A stretch of DNA of 64,000 bases from an uncultured Ruminococcus sp. (lineage in GTDB: Bacteria; Bacillota; Clostridia; Oscillospirales; Acutalibacteraceae): contig CAJUGO010000003.1 of the NCBI GenBank assembly GCA_910585865.1, positions 32,924-96,923 of the forward strand, read 5' to 3'. Positions 61,712 to 64,000 of the stretch are shown piece by piece. Position 1 is the first letter of the stretch. Each line of letters begins with the position of its first letter. The notes below the pieces were generated by a model. It was given only the letters and a program-made list of their open reading frames with translations. It did no database searches and was not told where the DNA came from. The translations under genes and the position numbers were made by a program.

Positions 61712-62386
61712 ATGAAAGGTATAGTATTTTCATTTAAAAAGCACGAATTGAGCAAAAGCGGATACAACAAAAGACTTACTTTATCCGGAATTTTCTATCT
61801 GTTTAAGCGATACGGAATACGAATTATGTTTATTTCGGTATTTTTAATTGGGCTTACTGCTGGTTCTTTTTATGCAGATAATTCTGATAAAGCTATGCTT
61901 AATTCGCTTGATTTTTTGTTTACTACTAATCTTGATGTACGGCTGGCACAGAACGCAGTAGGTACTTTCTGTGCTTGCTTTGCATCTGATTTTATTTTTA
62001 TATTTTCAGTATTTTTATTGGGGCTTGCTCCTTGGGGAATACCTGTCATGCCTTTTGTTATTATGTTTAAAGGGTTTGGTACAGGTCTTACTGCCGGTTA
62101 TTTGTTTATTACATATTCATTAAAAGGAGTAGGTTTTTATCTTATAGTTTTGCTGCCGGGAACTTTTTTATTTTGCCTTGCGCTGGTAGTGTTATCATCT
62201 GCCGCTTTTATAAGTTCAAAACGGATGTTTTTTAATGTTATAAGCAGCAGTGTACCTAAAAGTCCTTTGCGATACAGTATAATTGATTTTTGTTCCCGTT
62301 CAATATCTGCCTTAATTATGACATTTTGTTCAGCTCTGCTTGATGCTGTTTTATGGACATTATTTGCGGGGATATTTAATTTTTAA
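61712..62386 (+). CDS. spoIIM: Stage II sporulation protein M-like membrane protein
   Basis: 224 aa with about 5 TM. The central 'FLLGLAPWGIPVMPFVIMFKGFGTGLTAGY' resembles the SpoIIM family core. Recalled, not searched. Confidence 0.5.
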   Translation: MKGIVFSFKKHELSKSGYNKRLTLSGIFYLFKRYGIRIMFISVFLIGLTAGSFYADNSDKAMLNSLDFLFTTNLDVRLAQNAVGTFCACFASDFIFIFSVFLLGLAPWGIPVMPFVIMFKGFGTGLTAGYLFITYSLKGVGFYLIVLLPGTFLFCLALVVLSSAAFISSKRMFFNVISSSVPKSPLRYSIIDFCSRSISALIMTFCSALLDAVLWTLFAGIFNF

Positions 62387-62401
62387 ACCTCGGAGGGTAT
62401 T

Positions 62402-63361
62402 ATGGCGTCTGAGAAAGCTACTATTGCTCTGACAAAATTTTTTTCATTATTATTTCATAATTTTTCAAAGCTTTTGCTTACAAATATTTTGTTTGGAATT
62501 CCGTTATCATTATTTTTTGGAATTTTTTGGCTTATAAATACATTGAGCGGATTAAATTCAATATTTATTTTATTTCTGACTGTGATACCGCTTTTTCCTT
62601 TTTATGCAGGTGTAGTTCAAGTTACTTCGCATATTGTCAGAGGTGAAAAAAGCATTAATGTTGCGGAAGATTTTATCAGCGGTGTAAAAAGTAATTTCTT
62701 AAGATTTTTTGTCCATGGTATTGTTTTTTATCTGGCTATTTTTTTCAGTTATTATTCAATTGTACTTTACAGTAAAATGGGAGAGCAAAACGGTACTTTT
62801 TATGCATTGCTTGCGGTGTGTATTTTAATTTCCGTTTTTTTTCTGTTTGTATTTTTTTATGTACCGCCAATGACAGTTACTTTCGATATTTCGATGAAAA
62901 ATATTTATAAAAACAGTGCATTAATGACTTTTGGTGAGCTTAAACATAATATTTTTGCTGTTTTTGGTTTGTTTATCCTTTTTCTTGTTTGTGTTACTGT
63001 GCTTTTTTGCTGTTATACTGAAATAGCCGTAACGATAGCTACAATAGTGCTCATGCTGTTTTTTGTTCCGTCTGTTATGTCGTTTATTATTAATTCAGCT
63101 GTTTATAGATGTATGTATTCTATTATTGCAGAGAAAGACAAAAAGAGCGCAGGCATTGATAAAAAAATGGAGAACAGAAGGAAAGGGCAGTTTTTTGACG
63201 AAGAAGATGATGATAGTCCCAGTATTATTGAAGATTTTAATAATGTTGAGATTGATGAAAGCAAAGATGGCGATGAGTATATATTTTATAACGGAAAGAT
63301 GATAAAAAGGAGTGTTCTTATAAAACTAAAAAAGGATGCTCAAAAAAAGGAAGGTGAATAA
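62402..63361 (+). CDS. Polytopic membrane protein, possibly YesL/DUF624 family, with a charged C-terminal tail
   Basis: N-terminal 'FFSLLFHNFSKLLLTNILFGIPL' and about 6 TM. Acidic/basic tail 'FFDEEDDDSPSIIEDF...'. Confidence 0.4.
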   Translation: MASEKATIALTKFFSLLFHNFSKLLLTNILFGIPLSLFFGIFWLINTLSGLNSIFILFLTVIPLFPFYAGVVQVTSHIVRGEKSINVAEDFISGVKSNFLRFFVHGIVFYLAIFFSYYSIVLYSKMGEQNGTFYALLAVCILISVFFLFVFFYVPPMTVTFDISMKNIYKNSALMTFGELKHNIFAVFGLFILFLVCVTVLFCCYTEIAVTIATIVLMLFFVPSVMSFIINSAVYRCMYSIIAEKDKKSAGIDKKMENRRKGQFFDEEDDDSPSIIEDFNNVEIDESKDGDEYIFYNGKMIKRSVLIKLKKDAQKKEGE

Positions 63362-63362
63362 T

Positions 63363-63989
63363 ATGGCAGCAAATCACTATAAAAAAACATCTAAGGCACC
63401 CTTGATTATACTTATTTCGGTGTTAATTGTTGTTGTGGCTGCAATAATATTTGTTTTGATTTTCGTAAGTTCAGGTAATAATACAAAACCTGTCTCAACA
63501 ACGCAGAAGACAATTTCATCCGCTGCAGCGACTGCACAGTCAGTTCAGAATATTCCATCTGAAGCTGCTGATGTTACAGATTATATTGCAGATACTACAA
63601 AAGAACAGGGGTATACTTCTGAGCAATCCACAAGAACAGATAATATCATTGTACCGACAATCAGCGGAGAGGAACAGGGAGAATATTTTACTTCCTCATT
63701 TTCTCCGTATAAAGCTGTTGACACTGTCACAGAATCTGAATGTTCTTTAAAAGAAGTATTTGGAAGTTCTTACAGCGGTGGTACAATTAGTTTTAAAGAA
63801 GACGGTACATTTTCAGATTCACTTAGTTTAACATCAGCAAATGCAGGAGCATACGCGGTTGAGGGTGACAGTATTGTGGCAACATATACAAATGACAAAA
63901 ATATGATAATAAGTATTATTAAACGGGACGGAGATATACCTGTCGAAATTTCAATTAATTACGGCGGATATGAGGTGTTTTTAAGTTGA
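63363..63989 (+). CDS. Hypothetical membrane-anchored protein
   Basis: ATG 63363 after AAGGAAGGTGA. TM 'LIILISVLIVVVAAIIFVLIFV'. The C-terminal 'ISFKEDGTF...YAVEGDSIVATY' resembles the repeats in the 52969 protein. Confidence 0.5.
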   Translation: MAANHYKKTSKAPLIILISVLIVVVAAIIFVLIFVSSGNNTKPVSTTQKTISSAAATAQSVQNIPSEAADVTDYIADTTKEQGYTSEQSTRTDNIIVPTISGEEQGEYFTSSFSPYKAVDTVTESECSLKEVFGSSYSGGTISFKEDGTFSDSLSLTSANAGAYAVEGDSIVATYTNDKNMIISIIKRDGDIPVEISINYGGYEVFLS

Positions 63990-64000
63990 TAAATTGGTGA

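Noticed and set aside
1-64000. Search for mobile elements, prophage, defence islands, tRNA/rRNA genes
   Set aside because: No transposase, integrase or recombinase motifs, no terminal inverted repeats flanking gene blocks, no tRNA-like cloverleaf candidates in the intergenic gaps, and no obvious compositional break. The window reads as core chromosome, with a modestly accessory 5' end (1-6245) and surface-protein genes.

Overview
This is an AT-rich chromosomal segment from an endospore-forming Clostridia-type Firmicute that also encodes cohesin/dockerin proteins, which suggests a Ruminococcus-like organism; that taxonomic call is inference only. Nearly all genes are on the + strand and most are conserved housekeeping or sporulation genes. 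Long stretches match Bacillus/Clostridium synteny. One block runs xseB-ispA-dxs-tlyA-nadK-argR-recN, then recJ-relA-dtd. A second runs yabM/spoVB-like flippase, mazG, hup, yabO, yabP, yabQ, divIC, yabR, hpf. A third is hprK-murB-rapZ-whiA.

Sporulation and germination content:
- spoVM, a 28-codon gene hidden inside a 65-aa ORF-track entry.
- A SipL/SpoVID-like LysM protein next to spoIVA.
- A gerA-type germinant receptor operon with a half-length GerC, divergent from a DUF421/DUF4363 pair.
- A spoIIM-like gene.

Other content includes secDF, a zinc-type ABC importer, the membrane subunits (gamma and beta) of a Na+-pumping decarboxylase, and a Wzz/BY-kinase pair. The 5' end is accessory-looking: MBL hydrolase, two GNATs, an ATL-like protein, an ECF sigma factor with a C-terminal extension coupled to a DUF2461 gene, AraC and RluA. 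Surface proteins include a 979-aa scaffoldin-like protein (three cohesin-like modules plus a dockerin), a second dockerin protein, and a large SH3b/Big_2/lysozyme-like protein containing near-identical 231-nt tandem repeats.

I found no tRNA, rRNA, CRISPR array, transposase, integrase or recognisable defence genes.

The best candidate for an undescribed system is a tightly coupled three-gene unit at 56216-58249. It encodes a Cys-motif DUF5685-like protein, a J-domain protein ending in a 10-Cys 'cysteine string', and a polytopic membrane protein. Several non-coding structures also merit checking:
- A 20-bp long-range stem enclosing 103 nt upstream of mazG.
- A 14-bp perfect inverted repeat bracketing a consensus promoter and the RBS of the decarboxylase gamma-subunit gene.
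- A 13-bp perfect palindrome over a putative -35 element.

All functional calls rest on motif and family recognition from memory. No searches were run.
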